Origin: Camelus dromedarius
Taxonomy: Eukaryota
Reading direction: 5' to 3'
Length of the DNA stretch: 64,000 nt
NCBI RefSeq assembly: GCF_036321535.1
Contig: NC_087437.1
Span: forward strand, 113,400,001-113,464,000
Under the pieces are notes generated by a model. That model saw only the letters and a program-made list of their open reading frames with translations. It had not been told where the DNA came from and ran no database searches. Positions 1 to 10,744 of the stretch are shown here, piece after piece (position 1 is the first letter of the stretch; each line of letters begins with the position of its first letter). Both the position numbers and the translations under genes were made by a program.

Positions 1-669
1 TAAAATCAGCACAGACCCAGGCAAACAAGGTCACCCAGTGATTGTCCTTTTGTGTGGGTGGAGACATGAGTCCCAGAACAAGCAGGCTGGGGAGAGGACG
101 GGGGCAGGTTAGGCGAGGTCCCCGATGTTCTCCGTAGGGACGAGGCAGGGTTTCCCTGTCTTTAAAGGAACTCCCTGTGTTGAGGGGTTTCCTAGAACCT
201 TAGAGGACAGTGGCCATTTGCTCCATATGTGAGTTTTCCTGGAGTGACTTCTGTGGGCCTGGCCGTGGGCAGTGGATGATGCCAGGGAGAGGGAAGAAAA
301 TGAACTCGTCCCCGGCACAGTGAGGGGACAGTTAATCACCAGCTTACAGAAAGCTGACAGGGTCCGCCCTGAAGGAATGTGCCAACAGGAAATAATTAGT
401 AAACGATCTGGCGTTAAACCAGGCAGAGCCAACTCCATTGTCAGAGGACTTCAGAAAAGGTGAAAAACAATGCTGCCCAGACGGTCATAGAAAAGGATGT
501 AGAGTTGGAGGAACTTGCTGACCAGACCTGAGGAGGAGCGAGATGGTAGCAGAGTGGACAAGAGGGACTTCAGGAAGGTGATGTGGGATAATTAAGGACC
601 CAGCAGTTGGCCTGAGAAAGGACAGCATTTAAGGGGAGTACGTGGCTTGACTGGCTGGCATATATTAGA

Positions 670-780
670 AAGTGGAGAGGAAGGGAGGGAGGAGGGGAGA
701 GAGGACAGAGGAGAGAAGACAGAAGTGAGAGAGGAAGGGAAAGGGGAGGGTCCAGGAGGGGGGACGAAAGAAGAGGGGGT
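670..780. repeat. GA-rich purine low-complexity tract
   Basis: Near-continuous G/A run (ggagaggaagggagggaggaggggagagagg...). Confidence 0.8.
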
Positions 781-794
781 TGCAACAGAGTATT

Positions 795-965
795 GAATGT
801 TTCTGTGTGTCTGGCATGGTTCTGTGTGTTTTCTGCAGAACAGCTAATTAGTGCTCACCCAGCACTGCTGACCTTAAGTTGTGAATGAGCAAGAGCTACA
901 CTGGAAGTTTAGGTACTTTGCCCTGGTCACACTGCTTGTGAGCAATGCAATTAGAATTTGCACTT
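795..965 (-). mobile_element. MIR SINE fragment
   Basis: Degenerate reverse MIR core (tttaggtactttgccctggtcacactgcttgtgag). Confidence 0.5.
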
Positions 966-1271
966 GAGTAACGTTCCAGCAGCATGAGCTAAGGACACGG
1001 GCATTTTATCTGGGTTAAGCTTGTCTAGGATATGGGGAAGATCAGAGGGGCTAGAAATCCCAGGCAGAGAGATCAGCAGGAGGCTGCGGCAGGAATCCAG
1101 GTGGGAGGCTCTGCGACCCAGGTGAGAGGGGATTACAAAGGCAGAAATCTGTGCTGGAGGTCAGAAGAAGGGTAGGAGAGTCTAGTTTCCATCTCAAGGA
1201 CCTGGAAGGAAGCTGGGACTGTAGATTGAATCCAGTTTCCAAGGATAGGAGAGATCTTTCTTTGCCTAATT

Positions 1272-1395
1272 CTGTTTGGGTCTTTGGGCAGCTTACGTGG
1301 TCTCTCTGAGCCTCAGTTTCCGCATCTGTAAAATGGGAATAGTAATAGGACATCTTACAGGCATTTGAAAGGATTGAATCCAATCATGTCCATAA
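1272..1395 (+). mobile_element. MIR SINE fragment
   Basis: MIR core ctctctgagcctcagtttccgcatctgtaaaatgggaatagtaatag. Confidence 0.75.
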
Positions 1396-1807
1396 ATAGT
1401 TCACAACTATACTTGAAATCAGAGTAGGTCTTCAAGGAGTGTTTGTTTTTAAAAATCACATTCAAAATTGCTGGTCTGGGAGGACATTTTCTTCCTGTTT
1501 GACAAGGAAGAGGTGGGCTAGCTTGTTTCCCCCCCCACCTGGCTGTCATAGTGTGGATCCGAGCACTTCCAGCGTGTTGAATGTCAAGTTCTGATGGGAG
1601 GAGGGGGTTACCTTCTTCTCTCATTGCTCGGAGCTCACTCTCCCCCAGGTGATGGTGGACACAGCAGTGGCCACCTGCTCGGGCCCCCTTGGTGCGGACT
1701 CCAAAAGTCAGAAAGGAGATCAGCCTCTCAGCTTTTACAGGCAGAGGGCTTTGGTGTCGTTTTCTTAAAAAGTAAGCAGCTCCCCTGGGCTCATCAGCCC
1801 TGCCATC

Positions 1808-1848
1808 GGTCAGGGGTGGTCAGGTGTGGTCAGGTGTGGTCAGGGGTG
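1808..1848. repeat. 10-bp tandem repeat (GGTCAGGKGT)x4
   Basis: ggtcaggggt ggtcaggtgt ggtcaggtgt ggtcaggggt, read directly. Confidence 0.9.
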
Positions 1849-2204
1849 CCCAGCCCCCTAGAAGGTGTTTCCTCTGGACGGTTCCCCGCAAGGTTGATGT
1901 AACTCCCAGACACGATGCCAGGCCTGGGCCCTGCCGTTTCTGCCTCCTGGCTGGGGATCTGTTTGCTTTTGCAATTAAGCAAACGACTTCAGTTACTAAT
2001 TTTCACTTGGAATAGATGGAAGAGGCGTTAGGTTGTGGAAAAGTGTAAAAAAAAAAAAAATCATCGCTTCTTTAAGGCTGTACAGTTTGGTATGAAAATG
2101 ATGCTAATTGAGCCTTGTTAAGAAGTCCCCTAAGTTCCCTAATTGTTCTGAGGTGCCCGGGTCCGCAGGGGTAATGATGATGACGCTGATGACCGTAATG
2201 CCAG

Positions 2205-2385
2205 TAATAGCCGCCTTTATGGGGTGCCCGCGGGACTCGGGCCTCTCTCATGGCTATGCTGCGAGGCGTAGGGATTTTTATCTCCGGTTTTTAATGGAGA
2301 AACCGAGACTCGGGGAGAACAAATGAACTGCCCAAGGCCACTTGATTAAGTAAGTGGTGGGGCCCGAGTTTACCCGGGTTCTCCC
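2205..2385 (-). mobile_element. MIR SINE fragment
   Basis: Reverse MIR core (ttttaatggagaaaccgagactcgggga...aactgcccaaggccac). Confidence 0.6.
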
Positions 2386-2615
2386 TGGCTCCTCACGCCT
2401 TCCCCCGACCCTGTTGACTCTGAGAGACCTCGTGGCGTTCAAAATGGAAACGTCAGCGTGTCCGGCAAATGGAAAGAATTGTACACTTTTTTTTTTACTT
2501 ATAGATTATTCAAAATCAGGAAGTCTTAAATTGATTTGAATATTGCATTTTAAGTCAAACTGCTGGTCCCAGAGGCTGGGGGAGACTTAGCTGCCCAGGT
2601 CCTGGGCCCTATGTG

Positions 2616-2804
2616 CTCTCTCCTCCCGCCTCCCTCCCCATCCCCCTCTCCCTCCATCTCCCCCTCCCCTCCAACTCCCCCTCCCCTTCCTTGTCCCCCT
2701 CCTCTCCCTCCCCCTCCCTCTCCCTCCCCCCTCTCTCTCCCTCCCCGCCTCTCCTCCTTCTCTCTCCCCCCTCTCCCTCTAGTCCACCTTCTCTCCTCTT
2801 CCCA
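2616..2804. repeat. ~190-bp C/T-rich polypyrimidine tract
   Basis: Almost pure C/T with many C3-C7 runs. Confidence 0.9.
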
Positions 2805-5706
2805 CCAGTTAGAGGTGGTCACTCTCCTTGGGTGATCTCTCAGTAGTGACGATTTCTGAGCTTCTAAAAGGGAAAAGTTCATGGGCATTGCCCCAGAAAA
2901 GAAAGAGCAGGGAGGGGCTGTGAGGCATGTTCTGAAGTGGACCAGGCCCCCAGGCACCTGGCAGCAATTGGATTCAGGCCCTTAGTCATTTTCTTAGTGT
3001 TTACTGTGTGCCAGGAGGTCTGCCAGGGCCTGCCGGAGCCGCCTGGACGGAGGAAGAGGGGTCCCTGACTCCCGACACGGGCGTGTCCAAGGTTAGGGAG
3101 ATCCTGGCTCTCCTGCCTGCTTCCACGCAGGAGCAAGAGAAGACCCGGGAGGAGTGCCCCCCACCCCGTCCCACAGGCCTTCTCCCTGGGTTGGGGCAGT
3201 GTCCCCGGCGCTGATTAAATAGGCCGGACATGGTGGGTTCAGGCTGGGGGGTGCGGTGCACCGTCACTACACCCACATTTCTCTTTACAAGCACCAGCCA
3301 TTCCAGTGCCCCGTGTGCACAGCGATAACCCTCTGTCCTCCTGGGGCCAGGTTTATAGCTCCCGTTCCACGAGAGGTGCTCACCACACCTTAGCATTAGC
3401 TATTAAGTGGTGTGTGTGCGGCAGGGGAGCCAGGCCTCCGTGGACCAGTCCAGGGATGACAGCCGGACCGGGAGGGCTGACTGCTCGGCCTGAAGGCTGG
3501 ATCTTTGTGCTTGACGTTCGCTTGCAGGGCCCCAAAGCACACGGTGCCATCCTGCCGTCTGCAAAGGTCGCGGGAGGAATTGCAGGAAATTTGTACATGG
3601 ACTTGTGGCTGGGAGTCGGCCCCCATCTGTCTGGCTGCAATGGTTTCTCTCTGGCTGTGCTGTGTCCAGCCTTTCACTGGGCCACCTGCCTGCAGAGGGA
3701 GGTCCTGGCTGGCCTTTGGACCACGTTGTTCTTCTTGGAGGAGACCTGATCCTAGTGGCTGCCATTGCCTCCCACATCAAAGTCTGTCTTCTGACTCTCA
3801 CCTCTGGTTAGCTACTGTTTTCATTCGGCCTAAAGTCCCTCCAGAACATTGGAAACACAATGGCCTTTCATTCCTCAACTGATTTTCTCCTGATCCCTGT
3901 GATGGAGCCAAATTAGCTGTTTGCCCCCAGGTCCCTCCTGATTTTCTACAAGGACTTCCCTGCACATGAGGTCAACCTCCAACCTCCAGTTGTCAGAAAA
4001 GGGACAAGGAGAATGTGACCCATTTATTGCCTCTTCCTTCATCTTCCCTCTGCACTTCAAATTGTTTTTCACGACATTTGGGCAGAGTAGGGGAAAAATG
4101 CTTACTTCGCAGGATGTATTTACCATTTAGGCCCTCATAGAATTTTCTAGAAAGAAGGAAGAGGCAAGAAGTTGAAGAATCAAGGTGGTGGGGGCATGCC
4201 CTGTTCTGGTGGGAAGGAGAGGGTGGGGTGCTAAGGAGCCACCATGAATATCTCCAGGGGGTCATCACCCCACTGTCAGGTCTGGCAGGGTGGGGGTGTC
4301 CCTCAAAGGCAGTAATGAGCAGGAGTCACTTTAGTGGAAGGTGGGGTGGGTGGTACCCCTGACATGGAACTCCAGCCCAGCATCGGAAAGGTCGTTCCCC
4401 AGAAGCAAAAAGCACCCAAAGGAAATTAAAAAAAAAGTTCCCCACAAATTCTAAATGGAGTAAGTGTGGGAGGAATGGGTGGGAGAGGTTCTGGTTTGAG
4501 GAGGGCTGTGGGGCAGCGGACCTGCTGGCCTTTCAGTGACGTGTGGACCTTTACAGCTCGGCCCCGGGGCCTCTGTGACGGGGAGGCAGGCCCAGGCCAG
4601 GACCCGGCAGAACCGCCACGGTCACAGATGCCACAGCCGGTCTCAGGGGCGAATGGAATTTCTCAGAACTTGTCAGAGACATCAGTGTTTTTCTTTTGAG
4701 AATTACCGTCGTAGGTGCTCAAAAAAGTTGAATTTGAAAGGCAAATGTACACATCTGGGTTATCCAAGTGCCCGGGTCTTAGCTGGAAACAGAAGACACT
4801 CTCAAACTGCCTGATTTGATTTTATCAGAAATGTGAACGTACAAAAAATTTCCCCCGTAGGCTGAGAGCTCTGCTGAGACGTTTTAGCCAGAGTGTAATT
4901 AGCTGGAGAGAATTATCAACATCGGAAAATAAAACTGCGTATGATAAAACGTCCCAATTATGGCCACGGTGTCAGTTATTCACCGCTAACGTGAGTGTTT
5001 ATCCCATCATCTCGTCTGGTTGCTGAACGCGCCCAGGACCAGACTCTCCTGGGGCGGCCCAATCATGGGCCGTGGAGATGGCTGGACCCTTGCCTTCATT
5101 CTTGCTGGCACATCCGAGCACCGAAGCACATTAAAGTCATAAAATTAGGCAGCAAGGCGTCCCAGTCACTCCCACCATGTTCCCGACACCCCTTCATTTA
5201 CAACAGACCGAGACAGAAAAAAAACTATTTTCTTTTAGAGCAATTTAAGATGAGGCAACACTGGATATGTAAATCCTGTTTTATTGGCGGTCATAGCAGC
5301 TGGCTAATTCTTCTAAAATGCCTCACAGCCTTCAGTCCAGCAGCCGCGCTGGGTTGGAACAATTCTGTTTTAAGGCCACATGGTCGGAGGAGATGTCCAG
5401 GCTCAGCTTGCGTCACTGTCTTCTGAGCTGTGGGTGCCATGGCCGTGCAGACCATTGTCCCCTCGTGAAGTCCCAGTCCCACGCGAAGTCCCAGTTGCAG
5501 TGCTGACGAGGAGTCTATTAAGAAAGTTAAGATTTTACAGAGTTGGATGACAAAGGCCATTTTTACATTTTAAAGTATGCTTTGCTCTTACCCACTCCCC
5601 TCTTTTTATTTCCCCTAAAGAAGTAGCTGCCAGGACTCAGGAAATGGTGAGAACAATTTTAAGGGAAAACACCAGCTTGAGTCTGAGACCATTAAAGAGA
5701 CAGCGC

Positions 5707-6052
5707 TATGACCCAGATGAACTTACTTACATGGCAGAAACAGACTCACAGACATAGAAAACCAACTTATGATTCCCAGGGGGGAAAGGGGATGGGAAGG
5801 GATAAATTGAGATTTTGAGATTTGCAGGTGCTAACTACTGTATATAAAACAGATAAACAACAAGTTCGCACTGTATAGCACAGGGAATTGTATTCAGTAT
5901 CTTGTAGTAACTTATGATGAAAAAGAATATGAAAATGAACATCTGTATGTATATGTATGACTGAAACATTATGTTGTACACCAGAAATTGACACAACACT
6001 GTAAACTGATTATACTTCAGTTAAAAAAAAAATGCTAAAAAAAAAAAAAAAA
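5707..6052 (+). mobile_element. 5'-truncated L1 (3' UTR + poly-A)
   Basis: gaaacagactcacagacatagaaaa...actgtatagcacaggga...tatacttca followed by an A-tail. The same 3' UTR occurs in other L1 copies in the window. Confidence 0.9.
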
Positions 6053-7067
6053 GAGAGAGAAAGAGAGAGACAGAGACAGAGCAAAGCAGGGAGACTGCAG
6101 AGTAACCTCTCCAGATGCCAGGGCAGAAGGCGGCGGGTCCCAGCGTAGGGCTCTAGGTGAGTTTCATCAAGACACCCAGAGATGACGGAGAATGCCCAGG
6201 CTTCCTGGGGATCTCACCGGCTTCGGAATGAGTTACAAGAGGATTCCCAGGGATGGAGACAGAAGGGAGAAAGAGAAAGAAACAATTGCCCTACTCTGTG
6301 GAACTTTCCTCAGACTTCACTGAGCTTAGTATAACTACTATAAAAATAAGAGGTTCAAAAGCTGTGGAACAAGTCAGGACTGGCCAAAATATGTGCCCTG
6401 GTGTCCCTGTGCTTTCATCCACCCCCCCACCACTCCCCCGGCCAATCTGGCATGACTCTGCCCAAACCTGCTGTGGTTAGGAAAGCACCATGATTTAGGA
6501 GGAAGCCCCAGCCGCCAGCCGCTGGGGGTTTTATGAAGCTCAGCTCTGCCCTGCTTCTTGCTCCAGAACGGAGCCAGGAGGAGACAGGGGAGCCTTCAAA
6601 GTGGCCACAAGGCAAGGGGACCCCTGGGAGGTCTCAGGTGGCCAAGACGCCATCTACAGGGGAGCTGTATGTCTACTTGGATGCTTGGGTCCTAACTGCC
6701 CACCTCCCCACCCCTCAGGCTCCAGCAACTCCACAGACTCCAGCTAGGGGGGTTCTCAGCCCCTCCCTCTATGAGGTGGACCTGCATGTAAATCCTGGAG
6801 GCGGAAAGGGAGAGCTGGAGGGGCTGGAGCGGGTGAAGCAGGTGCCCATCGCTAAGGGGACTCTGAAGTCAGTTTCCTGAGTCTTGGTGCCTCTTTCTGT
6901 GTATTAAGTCACCCGTTATCTTTACACTTACGTGGTTGAATTTATTGACTAGACCTTGCAAGTCTTCTTATCAGCAGATCATCCAACTGTGGGGTTAGAC
7001 AGTTCTGTCTGACGTATTAATAATAACACCAGTGCCAGCCTTCACTCTTGTTCCAGGTAGGGCTAAG

Positions 7068-7187
7068 CTGGTGCTTCCCCCAGTGAGGTCCGGCCCACCA
7101 GCATCACATCACCCTGGGGGAGCTTGTTAACAATTCAGATCCCTGAGCCCCCTGTAAGACCCACTGAATCAGACTGTATTTTTTTAA
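7068..7187 (+). mobile_element. MER5A-like hAT element, 5' part (probable 3' end at ~8625-8657)
   Basis: ccagcatcacatcaccctgggggagcttgttaacaattcagatccctgagccc...actgaatcaga. The terminal piece ctccaggtgacttaagaacactag follows the L1 block. Confidence 0.6.
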
Positions 7188-7189
7188 TT

Positions 7190-7972
7190 AATATTTTTTT
7201 TGTTTTTTTTGGAGTATTGAAGTAAAACACCCAAGAAAGAGCCTTTATTAAGACTTTGTCAGTTGAGTATACCCACCATGCAGCCACCACCCAGATCAAA
7301 CTATGGAACATTTCCACCACCCAGAAGTCTCCCTCCCCTCCTTCCCAACAATGCCTGTCTTCCAGCGGTAACTGCTCTTCTGACTCCCTGTCTTTGAACT
7401 TCACCTACATTGAATTATGCAGGACTCTTTTGAGTCTGGTTTCTTTCTCTCAACCTTATGCATGTGAGATTCATCCACATTTTGGTTCGTGGTAGTAGCT
7501 AATTTTTTTCCATTGGGGTGTGGTGTCTGACCATGTGAATAAACTACAATTTATTCATTTCTACTCTTGGTGTCTGAGTTGTTTCCAGGTTTTGGCCATT
7601 ACACTAAAGCTGCTAAGAACATCCATATAAGTGGCTTTTATGCCTATAAGCACTCATTTCTGTTGGGAGAGGAATTGCTGTGTCATAGTGTCCATGCGTC
7701 TTTAGCTTGGGTAGATAACTGCCAAACAGTTTTCCAGAGCAGTTGTAGCAGTTTGCACTCCCACCAGCAATGGATGGGAATTCAGTTGCTCAATGTTCCT
7801 GTCCACACTTGATATTGTCAGATCTTTTCGTTTTAGCCATTCTGGTAGATGTGCAGTGGAATCTATTTTTGGTCTGTAACTTGCGATGCCCTGCTGGCTA
7901 ATGACCTGAGAACTTTTTCATGTGCATTTTGGTCATTTGGATTTCAAATTTTGTGAAGAGGCTGATCAAGTC
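7190..7972 (-). mobile_element. Old L1M 3' region
   Basis: L1M-type reverse sequence (cccagatcaaactatggaacatttccaccacccaga...tgccaaacagttttccagagcagttgtagcagtttgcactcccaccagcaatg). Confidence 0.8.
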
Positions 7973-7977
7973 TTTTT

Positions 7978-8564
7978 CTTTTTTAATTTTTATTGAAGTA
8001 TAGTCAGTTTACAATGTTGTGTCAATTTCTGGTGTGCAGCATAATGTTTCAGTCATGCATATACATACATATATTCCTTTTCATCTTCTTTTCCATTATA
8101 GGTTTCTATGAGATATTGAATATCGTTCCCTGTGCTGTGCAGTGCAGACTTGTTGTTTATCTATTTTATATATAGTACTTAGTATCTGCAAATCTTGAAC
8201 TCACAATTTATCCTTTCCCACCCCCTTTTATCCCCTGGTAACCAAATTTTGTTTTCTGTCTATGGGTCTGTTTCTGTTTGAAATGAAATATGTTCATTTG
8301 TATCTTTTTTTTTTTAGATCCCATATATGAGTGATATATGGTATTTTTCTTTCTGTTTCTGACTTACTTCACTTAGAATGATGACCTTCAGGTACATCCA
8401 CGTTACTGCAAATGACATTATTTTATTCTTTTTCATAGCTGAGTAGGATTCTATTGTATAAATATACCACAACTTCTTTATCCAGTCATCTGTCAGTGGA
8501 CACTTAGGTTGCTTCCATTTATTGGCTATTGTGACTAGTGCTGCTGTGAACACTGGGGTGCATG
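7978..8564 (-). mobile_element. Younger 5'-truncated L1 (ORF2 C-terminus + 3' UTR) nested in L1M
   Basis: ORF 8314-8568(-) MTCTPVFTAALVTIANKWKQPKCP..WIKKLWYIYT matches the L1 ORF2 C-terminus. TSD tcaagtc(t/a)tttt at 7966-7977 and 8565-8576. Confidence 0.92.
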
Positions 8565-8812
8565 TCAAGTCATTTTAACGTTGGGTTTCGGGTCTCTTAC
8601 TCTTATCCTCTTCATTTTGTTATTAACCACCTCTCCAGGTGACTTAAGAACACTAGCACCAGAGAATCACCTCTGAAGTTCTCCTTAAATTGTCCAATTT
8701 TCTGGAGGCATTTTTTTTCCTTTCTTCAATTCCCAAACCAGCAGCTCACTTCCTGCCTTGTGTCCTCCTGTTACTCAGGTTGTAGATACAGTACTTTCCT
8801 CTCCACTTTCAC

Positions 8813-8969
8813 AAGATAGAAGACGCTCAGTGAGTGTGTGTGTGTCCTCCACCCGGTCCTCCACCCCCTCCCCTGCCACCTCCCACTTGGCGGAGAGGCT
8901 GGTGAAGGGGCCTCAGAAGGCCGCCTTCTGTATCCTCACCATTAACACAGACTCATGATGATTTTGTGT
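8813..8969 (+). repeat. 157-bp direct duplicate, copy A (copy B at 9747-9903)
   Basis: Identical to copy B except T8942/C9876; offset 934 bp. Confidence 0.97.
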
Positions 8970-9746
8970 AAGTAAGTCAGAAACAGAAAGAAAAATTGTG
9001 AGTTCAAGATTTGCAGATACTAAGAACAACAAGTGGCAGAAATGGACTTCCTGGATTAAATATTTAGGCTGTGTTTCTGTCATTGGAGTCTGCCTGAGTC
9101 TCCTGGTCTTTCCTGCAGCATTTTATTAGCATTGTAACCTTGACAGAGATGTGTCGGGGTAGAGAAGGATGGGAAGAGAAGGAAGAGTTCCAGAACTCCC
9201 CAGGAGGGCAAAGCCACCCCTCCCCTCTCTTCTCCAACGCCTGCCTGTCTCTCCCTGGAGCCCACAGGAAGGAGGGTGTCTGTTCTGCGTGTTTCTATGC
9301 CTGTGTCTGGGGAACGTGCATGTGGATGTCAGCCGCTCGGGTCATCAGGGAGGCTTGTTTCCTATCCTTCCATCCTTGATGTCACCTGTGCAACAATCTA
9401 CTTCTAAGTACAAGTGCTCCCCATATGATGAGGGGACCTCAAAGGTTCACAGTGTCCAGGGGTCTTAGAACTCATATAATCCAACCCTCATTCTGTAGAC
9501 GGGAATAGTGGAGAATATTGGGGATGGATGGTGTCTTGATGGGAGAATCTGCTGGTCTGTTTTTATGCATGATCGTCCTAGAGGTGTGTTTCTTCTGAAG
9601 TGGATCAAGAGATGGAGGGAGGGAGAGAGCCTGTCTTTCTTTTTCTGCTTTTAGTCACAAAGGGAATTCCCTCTGGCAGTTCTTTCCCTCTGTGAACAGC
9701 TATTCAGAGGCCCAGCGTGGCAGGAAGTGGTGAGGTGGTGGGAAGG

Positions 9747-9903
9747 AAGATAGAAGACGCTCAGTGAGTGTGTGTGTGTCCTCCACCCGGTCCTCCACCC
9801 CCTCCCCTGCCACCTCCCACTTGGCGGAGAGGCTGGTGAAGGGGCCTCAGAAGGCCGCCTTCTGTATCCTCACCACTAACACAGACTCATGATGATTTTG
9901 TGT
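9747..9903 (+). repeat. 157-bp direct duplicate, copy B (probable source)
   Basis: Matches 8813-8969 with one mismatch and ends about 70 bp before the exon 2 acceptor. Confidence 0.97.
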
Positions 9904-9974
9904 GCGTGCATGCAAAGGCTGGCATTTATAATTGTGAGACTGGCTCCGATGAAGATTTCTTTTTCCATTTGTAG

Positions 9975-10084
9975 GCTGGTTGTGATGGGGAGAGTATTGG
10001 AAATTGCCCATTTTCTCAGCGTCTCTTTATGATTCTCTGGCTGAAGGGTGTCATATTTAATGTGACAACAGTGGACCTGAAAAG
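9975..10084 (+). CDS. CLIC6: CLIC6 coding exon (exon 2, 110 nt): [36 protein letters not shown](R)
   Basis: Acceptor ttttccatttgtag| and donor AAG|gtaaga. The translation has the CLIC CPFS motif and the putative transmembrane segment; the exon starts in phase 0. Confidence 0.97.
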
Positions 10085-10135
10085 GTAAGACAAGGTTTCT
10101 GCATTATTGAAATAGTCATACCTCATTCCCTATGT

Positions 10136-10211
10136 ACAGACACACATACACACAAACACACACACACAGCCAGACACACACAGACACAGATACACAGATG
10201 CACACACACAC
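10136..10211. repeat. Imperfect (CA)n microsatellite in CLIC6 intron 2
   Basis: cagacacacatacacacaaacacacacacacagccagacacacacagacac... Confidence 0.85.
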
Positions 10212-10618
10212 TCCTAGGACCCATGGCATGTCTGCCCTCGGTCAGGACCGTCAGTTGAAGCTGGAGAAGCGTGGGCCACACTGATCCCAGGATGGAGTCA
10301 GATGTATCCAGAAGGAGCAGGAGTTGGGGGCACCATGAGGAGCCTGCTCTCCCAGTTCCTGGTCAGCTGTGAGCCTCTCAGAAGCCCGTCTGAGTGCCAC
10401 GCCTGGCTGATAACACTGGGGAGAGTTAACTTCTTCACCTTTCTATCCAGAAAAGGGCTACACTCTCACTGCCAGTAGGGCATTCTGTAGACCCACAATC
10501 ACCTGTGAAATTCTCAAGGGTGATTTCTCCTCAGCTGGGGAGGACACGGTTAAGCCTTAGAGACCATCCAGACACTGTGGCCGCCTGCCCACCAACGCCG
10601 CCCTTCCCTCCCACCCAG

Positions 10619-10744
10619 GAAACCCGCAGACCTGCAGAACCTGGCTCCCGGCACCAACCCGCCTTTCATGACTTTTGATGGTGAAGTCAAGACGGATGTG
10701 AATAAGATCGAGGAGTTTTTGGAGGAGAAGCTTGCTCCCCCAAG
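10619..10744 (+). CDS. CLIC6: CLIC6 coding exon (exon 3, 126 nt): [41 protein letters not shown](R)
   Basis: Acceptor ccctcccacccag| and donor |gtgggc. The frame is continuous with the previous exon (phase 2) and the peptide is CLIC6-type. Confidence 0.97.

Noticed and set aside
2550..2957. Gly/Glu-rich and Pro/Ser-rich ORFs
   Set aside because: Translations of the C-rich low-complexity tract.
8747..9729. 11-nt inverted match cacttcctgcc (8747-8757) / ggcaggaagtg (9719-9729) near both duplicate copies
   Set aside because: Short, a common ETS-like word, and not at the junctions. It cannot be distinguished from chance.
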